The translations under genes and the position numbers were made by a program. The notes below the pieces were generated by a model. It searched no databases. It had not been told where the DNA came from and saw only the letters and a program-made list of their open reading frames with translations. Source: Octopus vulgaris (taxonomy: Eukaryota). Taken from it: a DNA stretch of 64,000 bases. The stretch is from contig OX597836.1 of NCBI GenBank assembly GCA_951406725.2, forward strand, positions 29,760,001 to 29,824,000, read 5' to 3'. Position 1 is the first letter of the stretch; each line of letters begins with the position of its first letter. Below are positions 37,630 through 51,212 of the stretch, one piece after another.

Positions 37630-37826
37630 CAGGGGGTTCTCAACCATTTTTATCTATGGACCCGTTTGATTGCTATTTTATTCATGTGGACCCCCATAGC
37701 GAGTCAGTGTTTTAAAACTAGTTTTATAGGAACTTCTTTCAAAATTTCTATTTTGTTTGTCACACATTAACCTGTGTAGGTTGGACTATGTAAAATATTG
37801 CGGAAAGAATCCTAGCTGTTTCTTGC
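37630..37826 (+). mobile_element. hAT-like MITE fragment inserted in the old RTE
   Basis: Begins CAGGGGGTTCTCAACC; RTE homology resumes at ~37827. Confidence 0.55.
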
Positions 37827-38083
37827 TCCACTGGGTGTGCAATGTCAGTTTATATATGCAACAAAGTACAAATGTATTGAGAGAAAAATTGGGAATAAAA
37901 GGAATCAGATGTGGTGTGCACTAGAAAAGACTGCATTGGTATGGTCGTGTGATGTAGATGGATGAGGACTGCTATATAAAATGTTTATTGCTAAACATTG
38001 AAAAGGGAGACCCGGGAATGAAGTGGTGAAAACCAACCAAGATTTTGAGCCTTTCATCGAAGATGAATGCTGATATGTTGTGT

Positions 38084-38311
38084 TTAACCCTTTCGTTACT
38101 GTATTTATTTTGAGATGCTCTGTGTTTCTTTCAATTCCTTTAAATATAACAAAGAATTTAGTAAAATAACTTAGTTATCATTCAGCTAGTGTTAGGAACA
38201 TAAATTGTGGCTAAGGTTTGGTGGAAGATTTTAATTCAGAACTTATGAAAGCAAGATATTTGTAATCAGAGCCAGAGCCGGTTTCAGCCGGGTTGGTAAC
38301 GAAAGGGTTAA
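38084..38311. mobile_element. TTAA-flanked piggyBac-like MITE, family 2
   Basis: Perfect 12-bp TIR CCCTTTCGTTAC/GTAACGAAAGGG with TTAA on both sides. Confidence 0.9.
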
Positions 38312-39406
38312 GAAGACCTGTCCAACTTGGTAGAATTAAGGTCCTGTCTAGCCTTCCCTCATAACTCCTAACCCTCATCCTTACAATCTGCTATGGTACT
38401 ACTCAGGAGCAGCAAATGATACCACTTATCCTCCTACATTTCATATTGTATCCCTACTACTGTCCTTGTCACTTCCTCCTCTCTGACCCACTCCTATTTC
38501 CTTTCTTTCCTCGACTGATATTTTCTATGTCCAACTCAATCCCCACTCTAATCATGTCACTATTCTCCCTCTTGGCCACTTATCTACCCACCCACCTTTT
38601 CTCTACCTCTATCCTGTTTCTCTCTCTCATATTCCTTTACGTTGTACCTTGACCTTTCATCTCTCTCTTTCCAGATAGGGAAGCCATGTAGTCACCTTTT
38701 TCAACAAGACACTTGTTTCTGTCCTATCATACTTTCATACCTTCAATATTAGTTTGAAGAATTTTGTTCTTGCAGGTACTTGGTGATTTCACCATTAGCA
38801 GTATGGGTGCCACAAAGAAAACACCCCATACTCTCTGAAGTGGTTGGTGTTGGGAAAGGCATCCAGTTGTAAAACCATGCCAAAGCAGAAATTGGCTCAT
38901 CAGTTCATGTCTGGAACCATCCAACCCATGCCAGTATGGGAAAAGGGACATTAAATGATTGTGTGTATGAGTATATACATTTGACCTACACTAATCTGGC
39001 ATTGCTAGTTCTGTGTTGGGTTTGCTAGTGCCTTGATTAGCACATGCAGTTTACTCTACAACTAACCACCTCATCCTACTATTAAATTACCCTGAAATGA
39101 AATGCATGTTTTAATGAAGAACAGGTAAAATATGTTTTTTACAGTAATTCTGTCGAATTATGTTTGTCATTGGTGCTTCTCATGTGAAAAGCTGGAATTT
39201 AGAACTAAGCAAAGTTGCTTGTCAAGGAAATGAGGGCTGCCTAGATCATCATCTTTTGTCTTGAAAGGAGACTGAAACCTCAGGAGCTGGTGAATAAACT
39301 GGTATATCTTTAGGAAGATGAGCAGAATTTAGTGGCACTGGTTTTTCAAATGTTGAGATCTCGGTCATTATTTCTTGTTCAGTTACAAAATTGAGTTACT
39401 CTAGAC

Positions 39407-39537
39407 CAGTCACAAGCAGCCTGTGGCCCACAGGACTTTCCGAATGGTACCCTGGTGGAAAATTATCTTTGACTTATTTTAGTAGTGATGAATCCTGTTT
39501 CGTGGCCTGCTTCTTGCAAAAAAATTGCCTATGTCTG
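39407..39537. mobile_element. Short hAT (Charlie-like) MITE
   Basis: CAG...CTG termini with a perfect 8-bp TSD CTCTAGAC (39399-39406, 39538-39545). Confidence 0.7.
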
Positions 39538-40088
39538 CTCTAGACCTTGTAGCACTTCACCTGTCAACTGAATTAACCTATCAGTAGAAGTTCTTTCTGC
39601 CACAACTTCTGTTATGGCTTTCTTCATTCTCTTTTATTCCTAAGACTTACAGCCACATGAAAGTAATTTATGGATATTTTTTTTCCCCATTCAAATTCTA
39701 AATTCTATAAAATCGTTTCTTGTGTGTCTTTACTAGATACAGAAACAGACATGAAGACTGGCCATGGTTTATGCTATTCATTGTTCAATGTGGAGACCTC
39801 TACAGACTTCCAAACATTGGAAACACATTAAACCATATCTTATAATAAATTCCTTAAACTCTTGTATTGGTCTGCCTGAGTTAACTGCACTTGGTTGGCA
39901 CCTCATAAACAAGGAGTGATGCAGATACATGGTAATGTAATGTACCTGTCTAGCTCATCTTGAACTTGTGTACAGGTAGATGGGGAGTGGATACTGCATT
40001 GTGACCTATGCAAAGAGAATTGCAAAGAACTTTTTAGGACAAAATATCTTTTCAAACATTTCCAGTGTAATATTGTAATCTGTTGTGT

Positions 40089-40471
40089 GGAAGCACTCCG
40101 TCGGTTACGACGATGAGGGTTCTGGTTGATCCGATCAACGGAACAGCTTGCTCGTGAAATTAACGTGTAAGTGGCTGAGCACTCCACAGACACGTGTACC
40201 CTTAACGTAGTTCTCGGGGATATTCAGTGTGACACAGAGAGTGACAAGGCCGGCCCTTTGAAATACAGGTACAACAGAAACAGGAAGTAAGAGTGAGAGA
40301 AAGTTGTGGTGAAAGAGTACAGCAGGGATCACCACCATCCCTGCCGGAGCCTCGTGGAGCTTTAGGTGTTTTCGCTCAATAAACACTCACAACGCCCGGT
40401 CTGGGAATTGAAACCGCGATCTTACGAACGCGAGTCCGCTGCCCTAACCACTGGGCCATTGCGCCTCCACA
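40089..40471 (-). mobile_element. SINE family C head with an alternative body (young)
   Basis: Same head as the 3767 copy but a different 3' module; 13-bp TSD TAATCTGTTGTGT; CpGs retained. Confidence 0.85.
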
Positions 40472-40959
40472 TAATCTGTTGTGTAATCTTGGCATGGTAA
40501 ACCACTAGAAACTGCTATACCTTTGAAGGCTCTGGGATGTAAGTTTTTGCTGATGACCAACCAGTAACTTACATTTGTGAACTCCCATAGTATATAAAGC
40601 AGCCCAGCACAGTCACATATGACTCATTGGTATTAGCACACCTTAATTTGCTGTACTGTTCTTATTTTCATATCAATGAGAATTCCTTAGGGTTGTATTT
40701 GAATCCATTGTCCCACTGAACAAAGTACAGTAGCTGTCTTGTGAGTTGTGGAGGATGAGAAAAAGAACAGATCAGTTATACAGAAAATTTAACAATGGTT
40801 CAACTCATCTCCATGCAACTTAAAGGTTTTGTTGGCTTGTTGATGCCTGTCAAGATAGGTTTGTTCTATGAGCTTTCGAAGTTGCATGAAGCTGAGTCAA
40901 ACTGTTATTAAATCATACTCCTACTAAATGTGTTGAATGTCACTTTTTTTATTTGTTTA

Positions 40960-41004
<45 letters not shown>

Positions 41005-42622
41005 CCCTGTCAGTTGTCTTACAGATATGTATTAATATGGTTTTTGATTTCTTTCTGTAGTTAAGCATTATATGCATAGACTAATAGCATGTAGAATGCT
41101 ATATCTATGTATTTGTGTCTGTGATATTTCTTCTACTTAAGTCTATCTTCCCTAATCATAAATTAAGCCTATTAAGTAGAACTAGTCACATGCTGGATCA
41201 AATTAAAGATAGATTTTGTAGGAAGTCTTCCAGTAAAGCTTTTTATTTTCAATAACATCTCAGGTGGAGAGTGTGATTCATGTTTCATATGTTTAAAAGA
41301 ATGTGGGTGAGGGAGAAGTTATTGAAGAATGCAATAATGTTTTGGACCACCAAAATGGAAGTTATGAAATTTAGGGTTGGGGAAATGAGACTGCAATTTT
41401 TGTTAAATCCTTTGTCCTTTTTGTTTCCTTGAGAGGTGCTGACTAGAAAAATGGGGAACTTAGAAGTCTTTTTTTTTTTATTGTTAAAAATACTAATTTC
41501 TTGAATATCTTTTTAGTTTGTTCACATACTTATGATGATGGGATCGAGCAACCTCCATGGTTTGTCAGTCAACTAAAATTAGCTGCCACTTGCCCATCAA
41601 ATCTGGAAGTACTGTAAAAAAGTCCCCAATCCCCAGTATCTCTGATTATATTGGATAATCATGACATCTGAAAAAATATTTAAAAAAATGACACAGTCAT
41701 GGATAGAACACTTGATTATGGGTCTTGCTAAGCAAGAATGTTGGATCATCTGTGATCACTGGATTTGTTAGTCATAAGTGAAGATTTCCACTTACCTCAC
41801 GCTGCTTTCCTATTTTAAGAGGGATGGGCACATTGGGTAATGTTAGTTTAAACCAAGACTGACAGGATGGTCATAGATCTGTTTGCTTAGGCTGACTTGA
41901 GGATAAACAACATTGATTTTTGTCTGAAGATACATTATATTTCTAAATACACCAGGGAAAATAATACTCGAGTCAATGTAGTACTCTGTGTAGCCATTTT
42001 GCTCTGCTAAAAATAGTAATTCAAATCTCTCAAATTATACCATGCTATCTTGAAATGAGAGGGTGCATTGGATAACGGAGACTTAGATACACTGAATAAA
42101 AGACTAGATTCTTATGAGTGGAATGCTGGTTGGTCGAAGATCATCTTGATCATGGATGAATTGATGCTAAACAAAAACCATATTAAAATACATGAACATT
42201 AAATTTCTCTATGATGATATATGGTCAGTTTTTTTCTCTAAAGAAATGACTGATTTAGTAACAATCATTCCACTAGTGGCAAACTAAGCCATTTTCAAAA
42301 TGAAAATATTTACTCCTTGAAGGAAACTGATGTTCTGGTGTTAACGATTTCATTTTAAGTTTGTACATACCTGTAATATAATTGTCATAGTTAATTGTAT
42401 CATGTTTTTACCTATAGAAGCCAACTGTTTATTTGAGCTCGTAGTTTCACAGCTATGAGGTCACTCAACCTGTTAGAAATAGCTACTAAGTCTTTTAAAT
42501 GAGGAAAGGGCACATTGGATTATGTGGTTATAAACAGATTCTCCAAAAGAATGCTAGTGGAATGGGGTTCTTGGCAAAAATTCCTTTGTCCACAAAGCCT
42601 GTTTGGTTAATGCTGTCCTAGC

Positions 42623-42844
42623 TTAACCCTTTCGCATTTAAACTGGCCATATCCAGCCCAAATATTCTACATGTTTTTTGTTCAAACTGGTCAGATCTGG
42701 CTTCTCATACCTACCCTACAATATCATTCTAAAAATATACGATCACATCATTTAAATCTCAAAACCACAAAATAATACATGATTAATTCAAAGCAATGTG
42801 ATTAAATATTACATTTGTCAGTAATCTGAATGCTAAAAGGTTAA
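42623..42844. mobile_element. piggyBac-like MITE, family 3
   Basis: TTAACCCTTT...AAAAGGTTAA; matches 18066-18289. Confidence 0.8.
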
Positions 42845-44045
42845 AGAACAACAATTCTTTGTATGATAAATGATCAGTTGATATGTGAGTAGATTTTTGA
42901 GCAACTTTCATAAAATTGAATTGTTTTTAGGAATTGTTTTGTTTCAAAGGAGATTTGGGTGCTACTTTAACAACCCCTCAAACAATCTCATTTCCTTGTT
43001 GACTCACTGATTAAAATGTATTCTGTAGGTACCAGTTTCCGATTCATTCATGGTAGAAAATATTTCGGTGGTTTGCTTGTACATATGAATGATTTATTTT
43101 TGTGGAATATGGTCAGGTCACCACAGTATTTATGGGGTGGTGTGGTACTGTTGGTAATTTCTCAGGAGTAGAACTGATTCAGATATTTTTGCACTGAAGC
43201 AGCCACATGGAGGATTCTTTATTGGTTTGGTGTAAGCAGGGTTAATTATTAAAGGTGGTTAGAAAAAGGATGACTTGATCCTGTCATTTTCTTGCAGCAT
43301 ATACTTGAATATGACATGCTTTTTTAAGTTTTTCTTAAATATAAGAAAAAATTGCCATGCGTCTATAGTGACCCTATTATGGATAGGATACTGAATATCT
43401 GTTTGTGATAACTCTCCCTGAATAGTCACTGATATTCAATATATTGTTGATGGAAGATTCGGCTGTCATGTTGCTATTGGATGTCTGTTACTGAGTTGTC
43501 CAAAACATAATAATCACATGATCTGGCAGTTCCAGCAGCTGTAGTAGGTAGTTCTTAGCTGTCAGTGATATAAACATGAGTGCTTTTATGTAGCAGGAGT
43601 CCATATGAGGGGTCCTCTCAAAGTAAATAATGCAGTATTCTGTATTCTAACACAACATCCAAGTTAGGTTGGAGATAAAGATTGCCTTTTGATATTAAAT
43701 TCATCTTTTCATCAGGGGTTTGTCTTAAGCGAGAGCTCAGCTTATACACTCTTATACAGTATTTGAGAAAGCAGTGTTATTTGAGGGACATTTGATTATT
43801 TCTTGCAGGTCAAATTTGCTTGAAGGTTCCCTTGTTGGCTTAACATAGATTTGTTGATTGACAGTATGTTGAGGAGAAAACCATTGTGTGTACAAATGTG
43901 TGTATTATTTTACATTGCAATTTTTAAACAACAGTTACTGGGTCCAAGTTTCCAATGAATCAATAACTGGCCACTACATTCTGATGGTGGGAGTGGTAAA
44001 GGTGTATCTGTAACCTTTTGCGAGTCAAGTATTGCAAAGGATTTC

Positions 44046-44255
44046 ATTTAAACCAGCCATATCCAGCAAAAATATTCTGTTTGCTTTTATGTTCAATGTG
44101 GCCAGATCTTTCCTCTCACACCTACCCTACAATGTAATTCTAAAAATGAACAATCACGTCAAAATTTTGATGCTACAAGATTAATTCATGATTAATTCCA
44201 AGCAATGTGAATAAATATTACATTTGACAAAATAATCTGAATGCTAAAAGGTTAA
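44046..44255. mobile_element. piggyBac-like MITE, family 3 (left end unclear)
   Basis: Matches 42637-42844. Confidence 0.7.
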
Positions 44256-44270
44256 AAAGAACCTTTGAGG

Positions 44271-44310
<40 letters not shown>

Positions 44311-44312
<2 letters not shown>

Positions 44313-44518
44313 CAGCGAGCTGGCAGAAACGTTAGCTCCCCGGGTGAAATGCGTAGCCGTATTTCGTCTGACGTTACGTTCCGAGTTCAAATTCGCCTTT
44401 CATCCTTTCGGGGTCGATAAATTAAGTACCAGTTACGCACTGGGGTCGATGTAATCGACTTAATCCCTTTGTCCTTGTTTGTCCCCTCTGTGTTTAGCCC
44501 GTTGTGGGTAGTAAAGAA

Positions 44519-44520
<2 letters not shown>
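44311..44520 (+). mobile_element. SINE family B inserted in a (TA)n tract
   Basis: Family match; (TA)n on both sides. Confidence 0.85.
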
Positions 44521-44549
<29 letters not shown>

Positions 44550-45387
44550 CACAAGATAAGAAAATGGAGAAATACATCTAAATCAAATATCAATTACCAG
44601 ATAATACTCAATCACATACTTTATCCCATGGAGGGTTGCATTTACAACCCCTATCTCAATTTGTATATATATATATATATTTTGATGCTTAGTTCCTTTT
44701 TTCTCATTACATATATTCAGAAGAACATGCCTTTTTCTACTGCTGCTTTTTTTTTTTAACCTTTGCATATCAATCCACATAGTGTTCATGTCTCACTATG
44801 ATGTAACACTACTTCATACACTCTGCTCTTCATTCATAGAGAGAAACTCTGTTGCCAACAAAGGTAATAGTAGCTCCTTGAACTATTTCCATTCCATTGA
44901 CTTCCACATTTGTTCCTTTATCTCTCCTCCTACTTTACTGATTAGGGCACCTAAACCAACAGAAGCTATCAACTATTTCTGACAAGCATTTTGGCAGCTG
45001 AAAGAATACATTTCATGGATGCTCTTACTGCTAATTTAACTTTTCTTGTGGTTCTGTTACATATGAAATCCTTCTGTTAGCCCATCTGATATCCCACTAT
45101 CTTTTGTTTACTCATTGACAGTGGATACACAATTTAGATTTCTCACTCCCTTTCTGCATATAAGGTTTGTTCTCTTTTTTTCTTTCTGTTAATTGAAACT
45201 TTTGAGCCCTGATGGACATCGACCTGCATATCACTCAGTTTACTGTGAGAACCATACAAAACATGTCTGTGGTTTGCATGTCTTTTACAGGTCATTCTTC
45301 ATTCTCTGGTTTTCATAGCAACCACCAAACTATAGAGCATGACACCCAATCAGAAAGCTTCTCTGTTTCACAGAATGCTAGATAAAT

Positions 45388-45787
45388 TACTCTTTTACTC
45401 TTTTACTTGTTTCAGTCATTTGACTGCGGCCATGCTGGAGCACCGCCTTTAGTCGAGCAAATCGACCCCGGGACTTATTCTTTGTAAGCCCAGTACTTAT
45501 TCTACCGGTCTCTTTTGCCAAACCGCTAAGTGACGGGGACGTAAACGCACCAACATCGGTTGTCAAGCAATGCTAGGGGGACAAACACACACACATACAC
45601 ACACACATATATATATATATATATACATATATACGACAGGCTTCTTTCAGTTTCTGTCTACCAAATCCACTCACAAGGCATTGGTCTGCCCGGGGCTATA
45701 GCAGAAGACACTTGCCCAAGATGCCACGCAGTGGGACTGAACCCGGAACCATGTGGTTGGTTAGCAAGCTACTTACCACACAGCCAC
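45388..45787 (-). mobile_element. SINE family A, full length
   Basis: Full family match. Confidence 0.9.
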
Positions 45788-46689
45788 CACAAGAACTTCT
45801 ATAGTTGCTTCACTAAGAAGAAAGCATTTTTAGTCTCACACCCTAGCATGAATCCAAACTACATTTCGTATAAGCTGGTTAGTTATTTTGGGGATTAGCT
45901 TTGGTATAACTCTGTCACTTGTGTTTTGACTTCTTAGTTTAATGTTTTTGGAGTTAACTTCTTTCAAAAGCCTCTCCTTTACTTTTCGAGCAGTTCACAG
46001 AGATGCTACTTTGCCAGCCTATTGGAGATAACACCTGTCTGTACTACTTCATGACCAATACCTCCTACTTTCAACATCTCAATGACTATCCCTTGTGGAT
46101 TACCTGTCTGCTTCATGACCTTAACTTCAGCATAGTAGTAAACCTCAACAACTGGTCCTACTGTTGGGTCCACTTGAGGCAACACATTCCCCTCATCAGC
46201 AGTTGTTTATATTGTTTCCATGCCTCTTTCTTGTCATTGGTAAAGGCAGATGTGTTGCTGCTATTCCATATAAACTTTTCAACAATGAACTCGATTTACT
46301 TTAACACTTTTCCTTCCAATACTGAATGCCTGTTGTCTTTGCAGCAGAGAACATATGCAAAGCTTTTACTTTCAGTTTTTCTCCCTTATATATGATGTCT
46401 AGCTAACCTGTGCTCCCCACCCTCACCTTTCCTTTACTATTTCCAGACCTGTCTGAACTTTAATGGCTCTATCTACTGTACTATTTCATCACCATCTTAC
46501 TTTGCTCCATCCACAAATCTTGTCTTTTTCTTGCAGGAGTATTTAATCATCCTCTTCTTTCCTCTCAGCTGTTATATAAAATGTCTATTTAAACATATAT
46601 AGGTGGGATGTCTATCTATTTATTTATATATATATATATATAATGTTTAGGTATATGTGTGTGTGTGTATATATGTGAGAGAGAGCGAG

Positions 46690-46945
46690 AGAAGCTATAT
46701 CACTGTGATACATGATGATTTATTCTCTACTAATGATCACTTAAAGGTATATGCACAGTGGTATATAGGAGAGAAACCTTATCTCTGCAATGTGTGTGGT
46801 AATTCTTTTTCTGAAAACAATAGGCACAGATGTATTCATAATGGAAAGAAATGTTATCATTGTATTATCTGTAATAAATCATTTTCTATTGGAAATCACT
46901 TAAGTAAGCACACATGCAGGTTAGAAACCTTGTTTTGTGATATCT
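46690..46945 (+). pseudogene. Degenerate C2H2 zinc-finger array fragment
   Basis: GEKPYLCNVCGNSF...HRCIHNGKKCYHCIICNKSFS...LSKH; TGEKPY-like linker; spacing defects. Confidence 0.6.
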
Positions 46946-48085
46946 AATTAATCATCCTCTGCAAAAGAAGCATGGCTATTTGGTTAAGTTTGCTTCTCAA
47001 CCAAGTTTTGGGTTCAATCCCAATGTGGCACATTAGGCATGTATTCTACTACAGCTCATGCTGACTAAATCTTTGTGAGTGGTAGATGGAAACTGAAAGA
47101 AGCTCATATGCCTGTCTTGTATGTTTGTTTGCATTTATCCTTCTCCCAAAATTATGAGCTGCAAGCAGTGATGTCATTCTTGTCAACAAATTGTTTACTA
47201 GCTTTGCACCTTGTAAAGGTATGTGAAATAAGATCCTTTATTTGAAAAATAAGGGTCAATAGGAAGAAAGGCATCTGGCTGTAAAACAGTGGCTTAATTA
47301 TATATTCATATAACCCAACACGGAAAAATGAACATGTCCATTATCAATTATGGTTGACTTAAAATTTCTCCTGACGGAACAATCACTGACTAGCTGGTAC
47401 CACCTGTCCATAAGAATGGACAAACCTTTTAAATCCTGCTTGAATCTCATTTTGAATCTACCAATGTTTCAATAGCCCTCTGCCAGCTGTGAGAGTCAAG
47501 CTTTCTCTGAGAGTCTGTCATCACCAAGTCTGACAGTGTGGCCTGTCCAATTGAGATATCTCTGCATCAATAGATGGTACATGGATTGAAGATAATGCTT
47601 CTTGGAGACTTGAGAGTTTGCAATATGTTGCCGCTGTGTGGGGTATGTGTGTGTGGCTGTATATATGAGATAGGTAAAATTGGTGTATCAACCAAAATAC
47701 TTTGTATTGTCTTTTATCTTATAGTAAACTTGCCTAAAGCCTATAATTCTCCTTCCTGCAAAGTACAGGAGTTAATTTAATTGACTAAAACTTTAAGGTG
47801 TAGTCCCAGTATTGGCAGTGAGTGAACACAGCAAAAATACAAAATCTTTTGAATTGCAATTGATTCTTTGTTTCTTAAAAATTCTAGACTTAGTTCTGAA
47901 TTTTAATTCTTGTCATGTAACTTAATTACATTTTATATTGGAAAGATTCTATGAGGTTGCTTGACTTGTTAGAAATAGTAGCCAAAGTTTTCTAAAATCA
48001 TGCCACAAAGTGCTTGACATAAAAAGATAATGCACAAGATAATGTAATTTAGGAAAAAAGATGGTTTAACTGGAGTATCTTCGAT

Positions 48086-48345
48086 CAGGGGTCCCCAACC
48101 ACCAGGCTGCAAATGAGTACCAAGCCACTCTGGATCATTTGATACTGGGCAGCATAGAAAGAATAAATTTAAAAATTTTATTTCTATTTTATTGACTCTG
48201 GCAGGATGTTTTTTGCATTATATATGTATTAAATAATTAAATAATATATTTTACAGTATGTTTTGTCATGCATATGATCCCCTGGTCTGTGGAAAAATTG
48301 TCGTGTGAAACTGGTCTGTGATGCAAAAAAGATTGGGGCCCTCTG
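48086..48345. mobile_element. hAT-like MITE
   Basis: CAGGGGTCCCCAA...TTGGGGCCCTCTG imperfect TIR; diverged 8-bp flanks. Confidence 0.65.
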
Positions 48346-49549
48346 CTTTAGATCATAGGTTTGTTCAATCAAAATTGGTTTCAGACCAGACAGTAATACT
48401 TCACATAGTACTACAAATTAATTGCATGTGATTATTAGAGCAGTTGGATTCATTTTCTAGCATTAACCATTCCATGAAGTGAACCTAGTAGCATCTTTTT
48501 TTATTTTATTTTTTAAGCTGCATTCTGCTGAAGCAGCAAGCCACCGAAAAAATAACAATGGTAATTTGGTTATTTATAGTGTTTGAATCAATTGTTGCTT
48601 CAGAGACTGTTACTTATATCTACGTAATTAGGAAAATAGTGTCTCCTTTTGCTGTGGTGGTTGCTGTTGTTTTATGTGACTAACTATAAACAATATGTAA
48701 AACTGTATTCATGCAAATGCTAAAACTTAGCTCATCAAGTTCCAATTAACATGAAAAAAGATTGTATAAAATTTGACATTAATTCCTAGGCTCTGTTTTG
48801 TTCAAACTTTTTCACTCATTATGAACGGTCTTTTTTCTATGTCGCTGTTATTTGGCCTAAACTACAATGCAACGTTTTTCCATTTTAATTCTGCATTCAA
48901 AATCACAGACTAGCAAGCTGGCCGAATCATTAGCATGCCTGGTGAAAGCCTTAGTGGTACTTTGTCTGTGGCTATGTTCTGAGTTCAAATTCTGCTGAGG
49001 TTAACTTAACCTTTTGTTGTTCTGGGTTCGATAAAATAAGTACCAAATGAGCAGGGGGGGTGGCTATGTAATTGACTTAACTACTGCTGGGTATGAGTGT
49101 AAATAACTACACTCCTGTCAAGCTCAAATTCTGCACTTCTCTGATTTCAGGCTCAAATTCATTGACTTTACATCAGATTGTGGTTGGTGGAGAAAACAGT
49201 AAGGCATTTTTTTTGCAGTGAACTGAACAAGGGAAACCCAATCCAATATCAAATGTAATTTTTGATTTGATTGTAGCCTTCTTTCAGCTTTTCTTGGCTC
49301 ATTTTACTTTTGTGTCCTACCAATTATCATATTCTCAATTTTTATGGTGTATACAACTTAGTTTTCTTTGAGTATGAGTGAAGGCATAGTTGTGTGTTTA
49401 AGCTGGCTTTGTAACCATTTCATTTGATTTCGACCTTCTGTGCTTTGGGCAAGTGCCTTTAACTGAAGTGTATTCCATGTGACATTGCATTGACATACAA
49501 TGTTAGTCCAAAGTCACAGAAGAAACTCTCTCTCAGACACACACATCTT

Positions 49550-49892
49550 TTATCTTTTGTTTCAGTCATTTGACTGCAGTCCAGTTGAGGCTCTTTCTTG
49601 AAGGGTTTTTAATTGGACAAAATGACTCAAGTATTTTTTTTAAGCCTGGTACTTATTCTGTCAGTTTCTTTTGCTGAACCACTACGGGAACATAAATACA
49701 CACACACACATAGATATATACATAATTAAATGAATACACACACACAGAGGCTTCTTTTACTTTCTATCTACCAAATCCACTCACTTTGGCCCGAGGCTAT
49801 AGTAGAAGACACCCAAAATGCCATGCAGTGGGACTGAATCTGGAACCATGTGGTTGGAAGCAAGCTTCTTACCACACAACCATACCTGCACC
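49550..49892 (-). mobile_element. Diverged SINE family A
   Basis: Degenerate family match. Confidence 0.7.
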
Positions 49893-50992
49893 TAAATATC
49901 AGTGCCCCAGGTCATATATAGGAGTTTCTATCTGCCAATTTCACTCACAAAGCATTGGTGGCATGAAACATGAAGCACAGCCATACACATGCATAACCAC
50001 ACAAACTCACCCGTATATTTAGCATGCTCATGTTGCTAAGAAGTTTCTTTGCAGCCGTTTGGTTTTGCTTTTGATACAACTCTGTGGCACTTGGACAATT
50101 CTACCATAGCCTCAAGATAACCAATGTTTTGTGAATGAAGTTGGGTAGACAGTATGTGTAAGACTACCATATGTATGTGTCTGTATTTGTGAAGATCTGT
50201 ATGTATTACTTGTATTTACTCCCTACTATTGAACGTAGTTCAAAATAAATATAACCTATTGATAACATTGTAACAAGATTTTTGTCCTTGGGTAGCAACT
50301 GTTATTTCTTGTATGTCCAACCCTAGAAAGTATGAAAAATGATAGATATTTCCTTCAGATTTTACTTTTGCCACATTTATTCAAACCCCAAAGAATCCCT
50401 CTCAACACATGGCTATGATGCTCCCCCACTACTCATGATCAGAGATGCACATATTGTCAGACACTAAGGGACATGCTCAAGTGGTTACGGTCAAGCAAAT
50501 CTGTGGTATTGAGCAGAATATTTGCTATAATGATGTCAGTTTTAAAGCATTGATTTTCCCGGTCACAAAAGCAAAGTTTGAAAAGAATAGCAGTCATTTC
50601 CTTTGATTTCTAGATAGAAGCAAATAAGAGATAACACAAAACAAAAAATTGTTACATAGTGACTAGATTGATATGAGTACTAGACTATGTATGATGTCCT
50701 TGAATTAGTCCTTGAAGATGGGGGGCCTCAGCCTAGCTGCCCACAGCTGAATTTAGTAAAATAAGAAAAGAACGCAAAGGCCTTATTTTGTTAGCAGAAG
50801 AGACTTGCCTAAGGTGTAATAGTTCACCTTTCATGGCACTCACAAATTGTCTTTAGTTCCTTTATGTAGTCATTTTATTTTCTTTGTTCTTAATTTAAAA
50901 CTTTTATGTATGTATATATATATATATGTATATATGAATGTATGTATGTGTGTTATAAATATTTATTCCTTTCTTTTTAAGGGTTACTGGAA

Positions 50993-51212
50993 ATGGAACA
51001 GAATGGTAATCAAAATCTACCTGCAGGAACCCTTTGCCGAATGGGATGTGGGTTCTATGGAACTGCTGCTCTGGACGGCATGTGCTCCAAATGTTACAAA
51101 GATGCTATAAAAAGGAAACAGAATTCGTCACCTGTAAGTGGACGTATTAGCCCGACAGGTGAAGGGGATAAAGTGGTCAATGTGACTGCTTCCCTTGCCC
51201 AAACTTCTCTAG
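50993..51212 (+). CDS. ZFAND5/6: First coding exon of an A20/AN1 zinc-finger protein (ZFAND5/6-like), encoding the A20 finger; partial gene
   Basis: [21 protein letters not shown] is a zf-A20 signature followed by GRISP (cf. ZFAND5 GRMSP); acceptor TTTTTAAG| at 50981; donor TAG|GTAATT after 51212 (alternative CAG|GTGAAG after 51158). Confidence 0.9.

Larger units (their letters stand above)
35590..38960 (+). mobile_element. Decayed RTE LINE (APE endonuclease, RT, PHD-like insert, 3' tail)
   Basis: GDFNGHVG, GFGSRNKEGTKLLDF, QIDYIV, TDDLVLI, PCSICRR..CTQC..WIHK and LKGRLYDACV motifs; many frameshifts; tail at 38790-38960. Confidence 0.85.
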
